A stretch of DNA of 57,921 bases, from contig JAYTHP010000212.1 in the NCBI GenBank assembly GCA_043732485.1, positions 1 to 57,921 of the forward strand. Reading direction: 5' to 3'. This DNA comes from Oligoflexia bacterium (GTDB lineage: Bacteria > Bdellovibrionota > UBA1018). The notes beneath the pieces were generated by a model that saw only the letters and a program-made list of their open reading frames with translations, did not search any database and had not been told where the DNA came from. Below, piece by piece: positions 17,370 to 25,374 of this stretch (position 1 is the first letter of the stretch; each line of letters starts with the position of its first letter). A program made the position numbers and the translations under genes.

Positions 17370-18089
17370 ATGAAATACCTTGAATACCGCTGCACCGTGA
17401 CTGGCAAACAGCCCTTAACACCGACGGTGTTTCAGCTGCAGTTTGTCACCGAGCCGGACTTGCAGTTTGTGGGCGGACAGTTTGTCAGTATCGTGATTCC
17501 CGGGGCCTCACCCGAAGGGCGCGACCTGAGACGAGCCTATTCGCTGGCCTCTTCTCCCTCACAAAGGCCCTATGAACTGTGCATCAAGCGGGTCAAAGGA
17601 GGTCCTGGCACAACCTACTTAGATCACTTAGCAATCGGAGCCTGCTTTACGGCGGTGGCTCCTTACGGCGATTTTGTTTTTAAAACCGCGCGCGAACGTC
17701 AGGTTTTTTTCATCGCCACGGGTTCTGGCATTGCTCCTTTTCGCGCGATGATGGGCGGGGCGGAGTACCAGCAGGCCCCTCCGGTTTTGCCGCCCACTTG
17801 CTTACTCGGGGTGAGGAGCGAGGACGAAGTCTTGTATGATTCCTTTTTTCAAGCGCAACCCCAGGCCCGCTGGGTGCCGATGGTCTCGCAACCCACCCAT
17901 CCCACCGCTTGGACGGGTCAAAAAGGCAGGGTCACGGACTATTTGCGAGCTTTGGGGAAAGACTTTCCGTGGGAGCAAGCGGATTTCTATCTGTGTGGTA
18001 ACGGTCAGATGATCAAAGAAGTGAAAGGCATTTTGTTTGATCACCAGGTCTTAAAGACTGCCATTCATCAGGAAATCTACTTTCGCTGA
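17370..18089 (+). CDS. ferredoxin-NADP(+) reductase-family flavoprotein
   Basis: Motifs are RAYSLAS (R-x-Y-S FAD-binding), GGPGTTYL, FIATGSGIAPF (NAD(P)-binding) and YLCGNGQMI. ATG 17370 is preferred over the track's TTG at 17361. Confidence 0.8.
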   Translation: MKYLEYRCTVTGKQPLTPTVFQLQFVTEPDLQFVGGQFVSIVIPGASPEGRDLRRAYSLASSPSQRPYELCIKRVKGGPGTTYLDHLAIGACFTAVAPYGDFVFKTARERQVFFIATGSGIAPFRAMMGGAEYQQAPPVLPPTCLLGVRSEDEVLYDSFFQAQPQARWVPMVSQPTHPTAWTGQKGRVTDYLRALGKDFPWEQADFYLCGNGQMIKEVKGILFDHQVLKTAIHQEIYFR

Positions 18090-18972
18090 AAAAATGCGCC
18101 AGGTGGTCTTGCGTCAATAGCTCTTGCATCAGTTGCGGTTCGCTTTTGAGGGCTTTGGAGTAGAGGAAAAGAAAATCCCTGGTTTTTTGCGGGATGGGGC
18201 CCTGTGTGACGCAAGTGCGCTCTTGCACCAGGTGCAACAGTCTGGCCTCGCGCCTCCAAAAAAAGCGTAACCTCTTTAAAAGATGCTCCATTAAGCTTGC
18301 TGAGGCGCGAGCTGCCGCATTTTCAATCAACTGTAACGCCATCACCCCTAACAGGCGATCCGACTGCCCCTGCCAAAAAGCCACCCACAGAGAGGGCTCT
18401 GAGTGGTGCCATTCGCTAGGGAGATGGCGGACCTCGAACTGGTGTGAAAAGCGTGGCTTCTTTTTTGCCCCCCGCTTAGCTTGGGGAGTAAGATGCCCCA
18501 CGCGCTGGAGCAGAAACTTTAACCCCAAAAAGGCCTCCAGGGTCAAGGCGCGGGAGCGAAAGCAGCCAAAGAAGCGAAAGCCTGGGAACTTTTGCGGTTG
18601 AGTGGTGTAAACCCAGGTCATGCTGTCTTCAGCTTGCTGGTACCCGACGTAGGGATACAGATGAAAAAACCGAGCCACCACGTTCCATTTGGGGCGATGC
18701 GTTTGAATCTCATTAATTTCCAGGATGCGCGCTTCAAGATCGCTTGCCGTCACCTGATAAGTCAGCTGCGAGGCTTCCTTCAGCATGCGACTGACTTTTT
18801 TACTGCGCGGGCTGCGAGCTAGAGAACGATAACTGCGCAGACGCTTTTTCAGATTCTTAGCTTTACCGACATAGAGGATCTGTGCCTTGGCATCACGAAA
18901 GAAATAAATCCCTGGGCACGAGGGCACCTGGCTCAGAAAATCTGAGCCAAACTTGAGATCAAAGGCTTTCAT
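18013..18972 (-). CDS. GIY-YIG nuclease, homologue of the UvrC N-terminal half (Cho-like)
   Basis: The N-terminus reads PGIYFFRDAKAQILYVGKAKNLKKRLRSY...EARILEINEIQTHRPKWN, followed by FFGCFRSRALTLEAFLGLKFLLQ as in UvrC. No UvrC C-terminal endonuclease/HhH region is present. Confidence 0.7.
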   Translation of the reverse strand: MKAFDLKFGSDFLSQVPSCPGIYFFRDAKAQILYVGKAKNLKKRLRSYRSLARSPRSKKVSRMLKEASQLTYQVTASDLEARILEINEIQTHRPKWNVVARFFHLYPYVGYQQAEDSMTWVYTTQPQKFPGFRFFGCFRSRALTLEAFLGLKFLLQRVGHLTPQAKRGAKKKPRFSHQFEVRHLPSEWHHSEPSLWVAFWQGQSDRLLGVMALQLIENAAARASASLMEHLLKRLRFFWRREARLLHLVQERTCVTQGPIPQKTRDFLFLYSKALKSEPQLMQELLTQDHLAHFFSESRFPDEWQSLRPGDQTKCLSLL

Positions 18973-19637
18973 GACCTCTGTTTTTTCAAAGTCGAAGGGG
19001 CAGGGGAAGACAAAGGCAGCAGAGCAGCCGCCTTACCAGACGCACTAAAAGGATGGGCTTTTTCGGAAATTTCTTCCAATTTCCGCTCTGCCGTTTCCAG
19101 GTAACTCAATGCTAGCGCTTTTTCTCGCTTTTCTTTCTGCAAACTTTCGTCCAGTAGGTTGCGTTGTTCCTTATAGCTGTGCACCAGCTGACTTAACTCG
19201 TCGTTTTGTTGCTTCAAGCTCCAGTTTTGGTGCGCCAGCTTCTCAGCCTTCAGCAAAACCGCCTGCTCCCGCTCACTCCCCACCGTTTGTGCTTGCTGGG
19301 CTTCTTGCTTGGCTGTCTTCACCAGTAGGCTAGCCATTTCTAAGTCTTGCTTCAATTTCTTCTCCACCTTAGCGCGCTCTTGTGCCTGCGACTGCAAGAC
19401 TGTGGAGAGCAGCTGATTTTCCTCCACTAGCGCCCACAAGGTTTGCTGGATTTGCTCGCCTAACGCCTGCTCGGCTTGGATCAGTTGGTCAATTTTTTGA
19501 CTCCACTGGGGCGAAGAACCGTCTTGCCGCGACGAGGCCAAAGACGCTGCCGCACCCTCGCTCATGCCAACTTTCACCGCGGCAGGGGCATTCAAGGGAC
19601 GACGGCTGTTGTGCGGGGGCGGTGAGGAAGGGTTCAT
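18969..19637 (-). CDS. coiled-coil protein of unknown function
   Basis: This is a 222-aa ORF rich in heptad-like Q/E/K/L sequence. Its stop overlaps the start of the downstream GIY-YIG gene (ATGA at 18969-18972). Confidence 0.5.
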   Translation of the reverse strand: MNPSSPPPHNSRRPLNAPAAVKVGMSEGAAASLASSRQDGSSPQWSQKIDQLIQAEQALGEQIQQTLWALVEENQLLSTVLQSQAQERAKVEKKLKQDLEMASLLVKTAKQEAQQAQTVGSEREQAVLLKAEKLAHQNWSLKQQNDELSQLVHSYKEQRNLLDESLQKEKREKALALSYLETAERKLEEISEKAHPFSASGKAAALLPLSSPAPSTLKKQRS

Positions 19638-19910
19638 ACTCTCCTCTTAGTTTTTACTGAAATGAACGATTTGTAAATGGGCTAATTTTGCCTAAAAAGA
19701 AATCCTTGAAAACAGCGGTTAGAGCCAAATCTCAAGGCTGTGCAGGGCGTAGGAGCGTGGAGCGAAGCTAAGGTCCCGAGTCCTGCAGGACTCAAACGGG
19801 CACGCATGAGAAGCGATAGGCTTGAAGTGGGTGGAATCGACCCTCGCGCGTCTAAAAGCGGCTTGCAAGCAAGGCCGGTTGCAGGGTCAATTCAGGCAAC
19901 AGCTAAGAGG

Positions 19911-20000
19911 TGGCGGAGAGAGAGAGATTCGAACTCTCGAGCGGTTTTACCCGCTGCTCCCTTAGCAAGGGAGTGCCTTCGGCCACTCGGCCATCTCTCC
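19911..20000 (-). tRNA. tRNA-Ser (anticodon GCU), CCA encoded
   Basis: The reverse complement reads GGAGAGA TG GCCGAGTGGCCGAAGGC A CTCCC TTGCTAA GGGAG, then a long variable arm, GAGAG TTCGAAT CTCTC, TCTCTCC, G and CCA. The acceptor, anticodon and T stems all pair. Confidence 0.93.
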
Positions 20001-20236
20001 AAAAGCAACAAAATCTAATATTTTAAAGAGCAAAAACCAGGAGTTAGCAGTTAATTCCCTCAACTTCGGGGGGGGCGTCAGTAAGCTTCAACAGCGACGG
20101 CGAGCAACTCAACCCAGACCCGAGCTAAAAACGGGCAACAAACCCTTCTCTCCAACTCAACCTCTATCGCGCTAGAGGGGATAAGACAACCCTTAACCCA
20201 AGGAAGGCCGGCATTTTTTTGCAAAAACCTCACCTT

Positions 20237-21312
20237 TTACTTCCGTCGTCTTGCCAGCCGATAGACTCTCGCTGTGGATGCACCTTGAGCGTCGATCACC
20301 CGTTGCTTGATCAGCACAACAACGTCACGCACCACCTTGCGACACGGAACATCGGACATCCATGCGACGATCTCTTGCTTTGAAAATTTACTCTTCTTCT
20401 GGGCAATGGATACGATCTTTCGCTGCCTGGCCTCAGGGGGCCTTTGAGCTTCTGCGCGGAGCAGACTTCGCCCTTCTTCTGCCGCTTCTTCCGCAGCCAC
20501 TGCGAAACATTCCGCCAAAAACTCAAGAAGGGGGTGCACAGAAACAAGCCCTCTACTTTGGCGAATGGCCAGGTAATAACGATCCCGGCCGCCCATGATG
20601 ACAGTCTCACTGGAGACAAGCCTTGCAAGGCGCTGACCACTCAAGAGGAGCAACAGCTGTTGCATTAGTCGCACAGTGCGACCCTTGCCACCAACAAAGG
20701 GATGGATGATAACGGCAATAAAATGGAAGGCAAAGGCTCGTGCGGCGGGGGGCATTCATCGATGCGCGCACCCGTCACGGCGCTCACGATACTTACCGGG
20801 TGGCTTCGAAGCCTCCCGCATTGCCTCTCATCAATTAAGTCCTACGGCAAGTCCTGCGGCAAGTCCTAGTTGACCAGCCTCTGTAGATCGCACATTTCGG
20901 CTATTTTGAGCGGAACGCCATCTTTTGTTAATCATTCAGCATAATCTAGGGCTTCGCGGTAGTTTTGCACTTCCTTGATATCCTTTTTGAGTCCTGCGAC
21001 CCTTTTCCCTTGCAAGAGGGCAGTCACTTCACTTTCCCCAAGCCCATTGCCTTCAAGTTGATGTGAGTAGGTGATGGCTCTCACCTTCGCGTTGCGCAAG
21101 AGCTTTAACTCCTGTGGAGCTGCTAAATATTCTTCCAAGAACGGCCTTGCTTTAGCAATCAGCATGAGCGATTTCACCAGGGTAGGCGTATAGCGAACCT
21201 CATGAGGGATCTTAAGACGGGGCTCAAATGAGGATATCTTGAAGGCATACCCTATTGTCCACCAAATGCCCGCCAGCCCGAGCGGGTATTGCTCCCGCTT
21301 GTTGCTGCTCAA
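20237..21312 (-). pseudogene. decayed Fic/DOC-family (AMPylase-type) gene
   Basis: An N-terminal piece (21312-20932, ending ...YREALDYAE*) and a C-terminal piece (20755-20237, with HPFVGGKGRTVR in place of HPFx[D/E]GNGRxxR) are present. The ~175-nt gap holds Fic-like peptide fragments in other frames (DGVPLKIAEMCDLQRLV; GRLRSHPVSIVS) and a 12-bp tandem repeat. Confidence 0.6.
20837..20869. repeat. 12-bp tandem repeat (aagtcctRcggc) x2.75 inside the Fic pseudogene gap
   Basis: Read directly: aagtcctacggc aagtcctgcggc aagtcctag. Confidence 0.85.
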
Positions 21313-21514
21313 TCACCCTACCCTTTCTTGCTACCCCTGCTTGAAGCGGGGGGCGGGGTAAAAAGACTTGAGCCTTTCTTCTCTGGTGACTTTTACATTA
21401 CGCTCGTCACCCGTCGCTTCTACGACTTCAAAACTGTAGGCAAAAAGTGAGGCGGGCTTTTAAAGCAAAACACCAAATTACCCCCCACTCTTACAGTAGA
21501 CCTTCCTGCCTATA

Positions 21515-22169
21515 ACCTAAGTTTTTATAGGTTATAGGCTAAAGCGCCAGAGCAAAAAGCCGCCGCAAGACCTTCTATTTGATATCGCTCATGAGCAAAA
21601 AGGCTATTTCACTGCTCAACAGGCCCTCCTTGCTGGGATTCCCGATAGCGCCCATGCCTATCACGTGCGAGCTGGAAACTGGGTTCGCGAGCAGCGCGGT
21701 ATTGATAGACTCGTGCGTTACCCCTCCACTGAGTTTGAAAACCTCATGGTCTGGTACCTAGGGTCGCGCGACCGCACAGGAACACCTAGAGACGTTTTTT
21801 CCTACGAAACGGCACTCCTCTTTTACGATCTCTCTGACGCCAACCACAGCAAGACGCACCTGACCGTCCCCCCTCACTTCAGACGCGCTCAGCAACCACC
21901 CCGAAGTCCTCGCTTTCCATAAGAAAAAGCTTGACCCGAGTAAAGCTCAGCTCAGATTTGGCTTGAAACTCACCTCTCCCCTGCGCACCCTACAAGACAT
22001 GGTCTCAAAGCCCTCCTCTTCGCTCGCTATCGTGGAGCAGGCGATCAACGGGTCCGTAGAGCGAGGGCTGGTACTTAGCAGGGAAATCCAACAGCCTCCA
22101 GAGCTTGCTCACTTCATGCGAGTTGTTATCCTTGCACGAGGCGCGCACTCACGTCTATCCCCGCAGTGA
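21515..22169 (+). pseudogene. frameshifted AbiEi-type (type IV toxin-antitoxin) antitoxin-like gene, no cognate toxin gene
   Basis: One frame reads FDIAHEQKGYFTAQQALLAGIPDSAHAYHVRAGNWVREQRGIDRLVRYP...HLTVPPHFRR and stops at 21922. The expected continuation (PEVLAFHKKKLDPSKAQLRFGLKLTSPLRTLQDMVS...) lies in another frame. No ATG start is present for the first part. Confidence 0.55.
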
Positions 22170-23072
22170 CCCGGACCGGTGCAGCAGCATCATGTGCGGG
22201 ACGGTGAGGGCAGCAAGCGCCGTAAAAACGACTCGCCAAAGCGGCGCGCCATCGCTCGCTCCTCCAACTTCCTGCAGGCGGCCTTCAACCGCCACGCCTA
22301 AGGCAATCACGACTAGGGTAGGTAACACGCCGCACCAGAGCCACTGCTGCCGCGTCAGGGTCGGCGCCCCTTGCACCGTGCGCACCAAGTGTCTGGGACT
22401 ATGCATCCCACAAAAGTACACACTAAAAGCTAACAGCGGAGGGAGGCACAAAGCCAGTGTGGCGTTAGCAGCCAAGATCGAGCCGTTCAGCCAGCGCTTC
22501 TTGACCAGACACTCAAGCACACCGCATGCCACCCCCCCTAGCCACAGCCCACTGAGGGGTTGTAACACCGCTTGAAAACTGGCCGCATCGCGAGGGCCGA
22601 CCCACCTGGCAAACACTTGGGTTACTTCGGCTGAGTGATTCCAAAAAGGCAGCACCACCAGCGTGCCGCCATAAACCAGCCTGGTGAGTGAGGACGACTG
22701 AGCACGCCTGAGATCCCCTGCAAAATGCCAGACAGAGAGCGCTAGAAAGAGCGCAAGCCCTGGGCTTGGCGCAAGCTGCAACCCTAAGAGCACCACACCT
22801 GTCGTTGCCAGGTAGCAAGCGACAAACAGCGCCCAGGCGCCAGCTTGCTTCAGCTGCCACGTCTGCTGAGCGTAAACCGTATCGAGTGACCCGTGTGGGA
22901 CGCCCAGTAACAAAAGCCCCAGCACCAGTATCTTGAAGAATTGCGGCCTGAGCAACTGCGGGAGCGCAAGGCCCCAGAGCTCTGGCGGCAGCCATCCCAC
23001 CGCGGCGTAGAGGACGAAGCAGGCTGCAAGCCCCGCTAAAAAAATGAGGGCTTGGCGGTCCTCGGCGCTCAC
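22155..23072 (-). CDS. blh: Brp/Blh-family beta-carotene 15,15'-dioxygenase (retinal synthase)
   Basis: This is a polytopic membrane protein with the Blh His-containing blocks GVPHGSLD, SVWHFAGD and GMHSPRHL. Its GTG start overlaps the crtY stop (GTGA at 23069-23072). Confidence 0.8.
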   Translation of the reverse strand: MSAEDRQALIFLAGLAACFVLYAAVGWLPPELWGLALPQLLRPQFFKILVLGLLLLGVPHGSLDTVYAQQTWQLKQAGAWALFVACYLATTGVVLLGLQLAPSPGLALFLALSVWHFAGDLRRAQSSSLTRLVYGGTLVVLPFWNHSAEVTQVFARWVGPRDAASFQAVLQPLSGLWLGGVACGVLECLVKKRWLNGSILAANATLALCLPPLLAFSVYFCGMHSPRHLVRTVQGAPTLTRQQWLWCGVLPTLVVIALGVAVEGRLQEVGGASDGAPLWRVVFTALAALTVPHMMLLHRSGSLRG

Positions 23073-24532
23073 CCTTTTTTCACCCGACCACCCCTACCCA
23101 CAACAACACTATCCCCGCGAGGCGATCGTAAGACCCGCGGCAGCTCAGCCAAGAACACCCCCGCTGGCATGGCGGCAATGATTTTTAGGCAATCCAGCCA
23201 GGTGGGGTGACCTGAGAGGAAACGAATCACTCGAGGGGTGGCGACGTTTTTAAAGAAGCGAAAAAATAACTCAGGCGCAATCTCAGGGTGCGAGCGCAAG
23301 ACGGCCAGAAAGACCTGATCCATCATCCTGATGCGCTTGCCGTCAGGAGCGTGAGGGATCGGGGGTAAGCCACGCTTGAGTTCACCAGCGCAGCTGCGAG
23401 CCCACACTTGGATCCGCTGAAAAGCATACCCCGTGCTGGGCCTGGCGGCTCCGGCCATCAGTCCCACCTGCAAGTAACTGGCATCTTGAACGGTCTGAGC
23501 AGACAGGCTTCCCATCGGTAGCACTCCTGCCTCCTCGCGCAGCACTGTGGTGACACCTGTTTCCCCTGCTCTTAGCCTGACTGCTTGCCTGGCAGCAGCC
23601 GCAAGCTCGCAAGCCGGGATGGGCGTGGGGGCAAAAACCGTGACTTCGACTAAAGCCTGGTGAGCGGAGCTCGGAATGACGTACGTGAAGAGAATGGGGC
23701 ACGGAGTAGGGAGGGGACGGGGCAAAGAGGCAGACGACGCGGCAACCACTCCCTCACGCTGACCCGGCTGATCGCCTTGCGCTTGGCTGTGGTGGTAAGG
23801 CGGTGGTACTGCTGCCGCTGCCGCTGCTGCTGCTGCTGCTGCTAGCTGCACCTGATCCCCTTCATTAAAGCTCATGAGATCAACACAATCGGCATCAAAA
23901 ATAGGCTCCTGGCTATGAACTTCTAAGCCATAAAACGACTGCCACAATCCTGCACTCGCCTCTATAAACGGAAGGTTTGCTGCCCCGCGCGTATCAACGA
24001 CATAGCGGGCCCGGTAGGTCCGCCCTTCGTTGTGGGTATTCGAAGGGGTGCGAGTGGTGGTTACTTCCCAGCTCCCCGAAGCTGTTTTCGAGGGCGCCTG
24101 CTCCACGTTGCTGCCGAGTTCTAACCTTACCTGGTGGTTACTTTGGGAAAAAACGGCTTGCGCATAGTCATAAAAGCGATCGCCTGGCAAAATGGCATAA
24201 GGGGTGCTGCTGCCGCACTCAAACTCGTGTGTCTGCCCCGCCTGACGCACCCGCATGCGGCTAAAACGGTGACTGACGAGCGCCTTGAAGGGATCTTTAG
24301 TAGCCGCCGCTGGAGAAGTCACTGGGTTTGGTTCCCAAAACGCCCAGGTGCGGTCATGCGAGTAGCTGAGGCGTTGTTCCAGGATCAAGACTTTCAGCCT
24401 CGCGCCTGCTTGCAACACAGCAAGCCCCAGGCTAAGCCCTGCGCAGCCCCCTCCCAGGATCAATAAGTCGACCTCCTCCGCTATTTGGCCTGACAGCGCG
24501 CTCCTGCTAACGCTCACCGGCGCCACCACCAT
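23069..24532 (-). CDS. crtY: lycopene beta-cyclase (CrtY type) with a low-complexity insert
   Basis: An FAD-binding DLLILGGGCAGLSLG lies near the N-terminus, and CrtY-like blocks are present (FTYVIPSSAHQALVEVTVF). ATG 24532 is preferred over the track start at 24679, which would overlap crtB by 166 nt. Confidence 0.85.
   Translation of the reverse strand: MVVAPVSVSRSALSGQIAEEVDLLILGGGCAGLSLGLAVLQAGARLKVLILEQRLSYSHDRTWAFWEPNPVTSPAAATKDPFKALVSHRFSRMRVRQAGQTHEFECGSSTPYAILPGDRFYDYAQAVFSQSNHQVRLELGSNVEQAPSKTASGSWEVTTTRTPSNTHNEGRTYRARYVVDTRGAANLPFIEASAGLWQSFYGLEVHSQEPIFDADCVDLMSFNEGDQVQLAAAAAAAAAAAVPPPYHHSQAQGDQPGQREGVVAASSASLPRPLPTPCPILFTYVIPSSAHQALVEVTVFAPTPIPACELAAAARQAVRLRAGETGVTTVLREEAGVLPMGSLSAQTVQDASYLQVGLMAGAARPSTGYAFQRIQVWARSCAGELKRGLPPIPHAPDGKRIRMMDQVFLAVLRSHPEIAPELFFRFFKNVATPRVIRFLSGHPTWLDCLKIIAAMPAGVFLAELPRVLRSPRGDSVVVGRGGRVKKG
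23811..23843. repeat. GCY trinucleotide run (11 units) encoding poly-Ala in crtY
   Basis: Read directly: gct gcc gct gcc gct gct gct gct gct gct gct. It is translated on the minus strand as a run of about 11 Ala. Confidence 0.9.
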
Positions 24533-25374
24533 CGCGGGGTGCAGACAAACCGGAGCACAGCGCGCGCCGTAAGCCGGGTTTTTTGCCAGCCGCTTAAAGA
24601 CACCCGCTTGCTCCAGTAATCGTAATCGCGGGCCTGAAGCTGAACTCCAATTTCCCGGTACAACGAAAGCGCCACCCATACGCCTAAGCGGGCACGGCGC
24701 GGTAGGTAGATTAAGCCGCGCTGCCCGCTGTCGTAATAGCGCTCAGCTAGTGCCAGCAAATGGCTAAGAGTCTTTTTTAAAACGACTTGCTGGGAAGCCT
24801 GGAGCTGAAAAGGAGCTTGTAACACGGCAAGCGAGAAGTCGCTTGCCTGTACCTGGCCAGGCAAGTCTTGCAGTAGGGCGGCCGGGAGATAGCGCCGCCC
24901 GAGTGCCGCGTCCTCTTTGACATCTCTGCAGATATTGGTCAACTGCATGGCCATCCCCAAGTCGCCTGCATGCTGGGCTGCCTGCCCTTTTTGCTCCACT
25001 TCCAACACGTCACACATCATGATCCCTACCGTGCCTGCCACCTGATAACAGTACTTGAGCAACTCACTTTCTGTTTCAAGCAGCAGCGGATCTAAGTCGC
25101 GCCCCACCCCAAGGATGAGCTCCTGCAAAGCAGCCGCGTTGATCTGCGCTGAGTGAAAAAACTCGCTCTGCAAGGTCTCTGCTTGCAACGCTTGCAGTTG
25201 CTTGCGGGTGACGGCAACTGACACCAGCCGCTCATCGACCAAATCATCAATACTACGGCAAATGGCGTAAAGCCAGGTGGCCCGCCTTGCCGCCTCGCGA
25301 CTGAGGAGCTGCTTGGCAAAAGCGAAGCTTTTCCCTTTGGCTTGCAATAAGGCCTCAGCCTGCTGGAAGTTCAA
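24514..25374 (-). CDS. crtB: phytoene synthase
   Basis: The motifs YAICRSIDDLVDE and NICRDVKEDAALGRRYLP (Asp-rich squalene/phytoene synthase motifs) are present. The TTG start overlaps the crtI stop (TTGA at 25371-25374). Confidence 0.9.
   Translation of the reverse strand: MNFQQAEALLQAKGKSFAFAKQLLSREAARRATWLYAICRSIDDLVDERLVSVAVTRKQLQALQAETLQSEFFHSAQINAAALQELILGVGRDLDPLLLETESELLKYCYQVAGTVGIMMCDVLEVEQKGQAAQHAGDLGMAMQLTNICRDVKEDAALGRRYLPAALLQDLPGQVQASDFSLAVLQAPFQLQASQQVVLKKTLSHLLALAERYYDSGQRGLIYLPRRARLGVWVALSLYREIGVQLQARDYDYWSKRVSLSGWQKTRLTARAVLRFVCTPRWWWRR

Noticed and set aside
19820-19860. A tRNA-like T-arm fragment (GGGTCGATTCCACCC) just downstream of tRNA-Ser, considered as an att-site remnant or second tRNA.
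   Set aside because: No matching acceptor 5' strand, D-arm or anticodon arm could be built. The T-loop lacks the TTC start, and it is not a copy of the tRNA-Ser 3' end.
22513-22995. Long ORFs overlapping or antisense to confident genes. Examples are 22513-22995 and 22105-22575 over blh, 38579-39100 over the LysM gene, 2179-2703 over the Rieske gene, 46819-47461 over atpA, and 16479-16946 over the kinase.
   Set aside because: These are shadow ORFs expected in GC-rich coding DNA. Their translations are Arg/Pro/Ala/Gly-rich with no motifs, whereas the overlapping frame carries strong family signatures.
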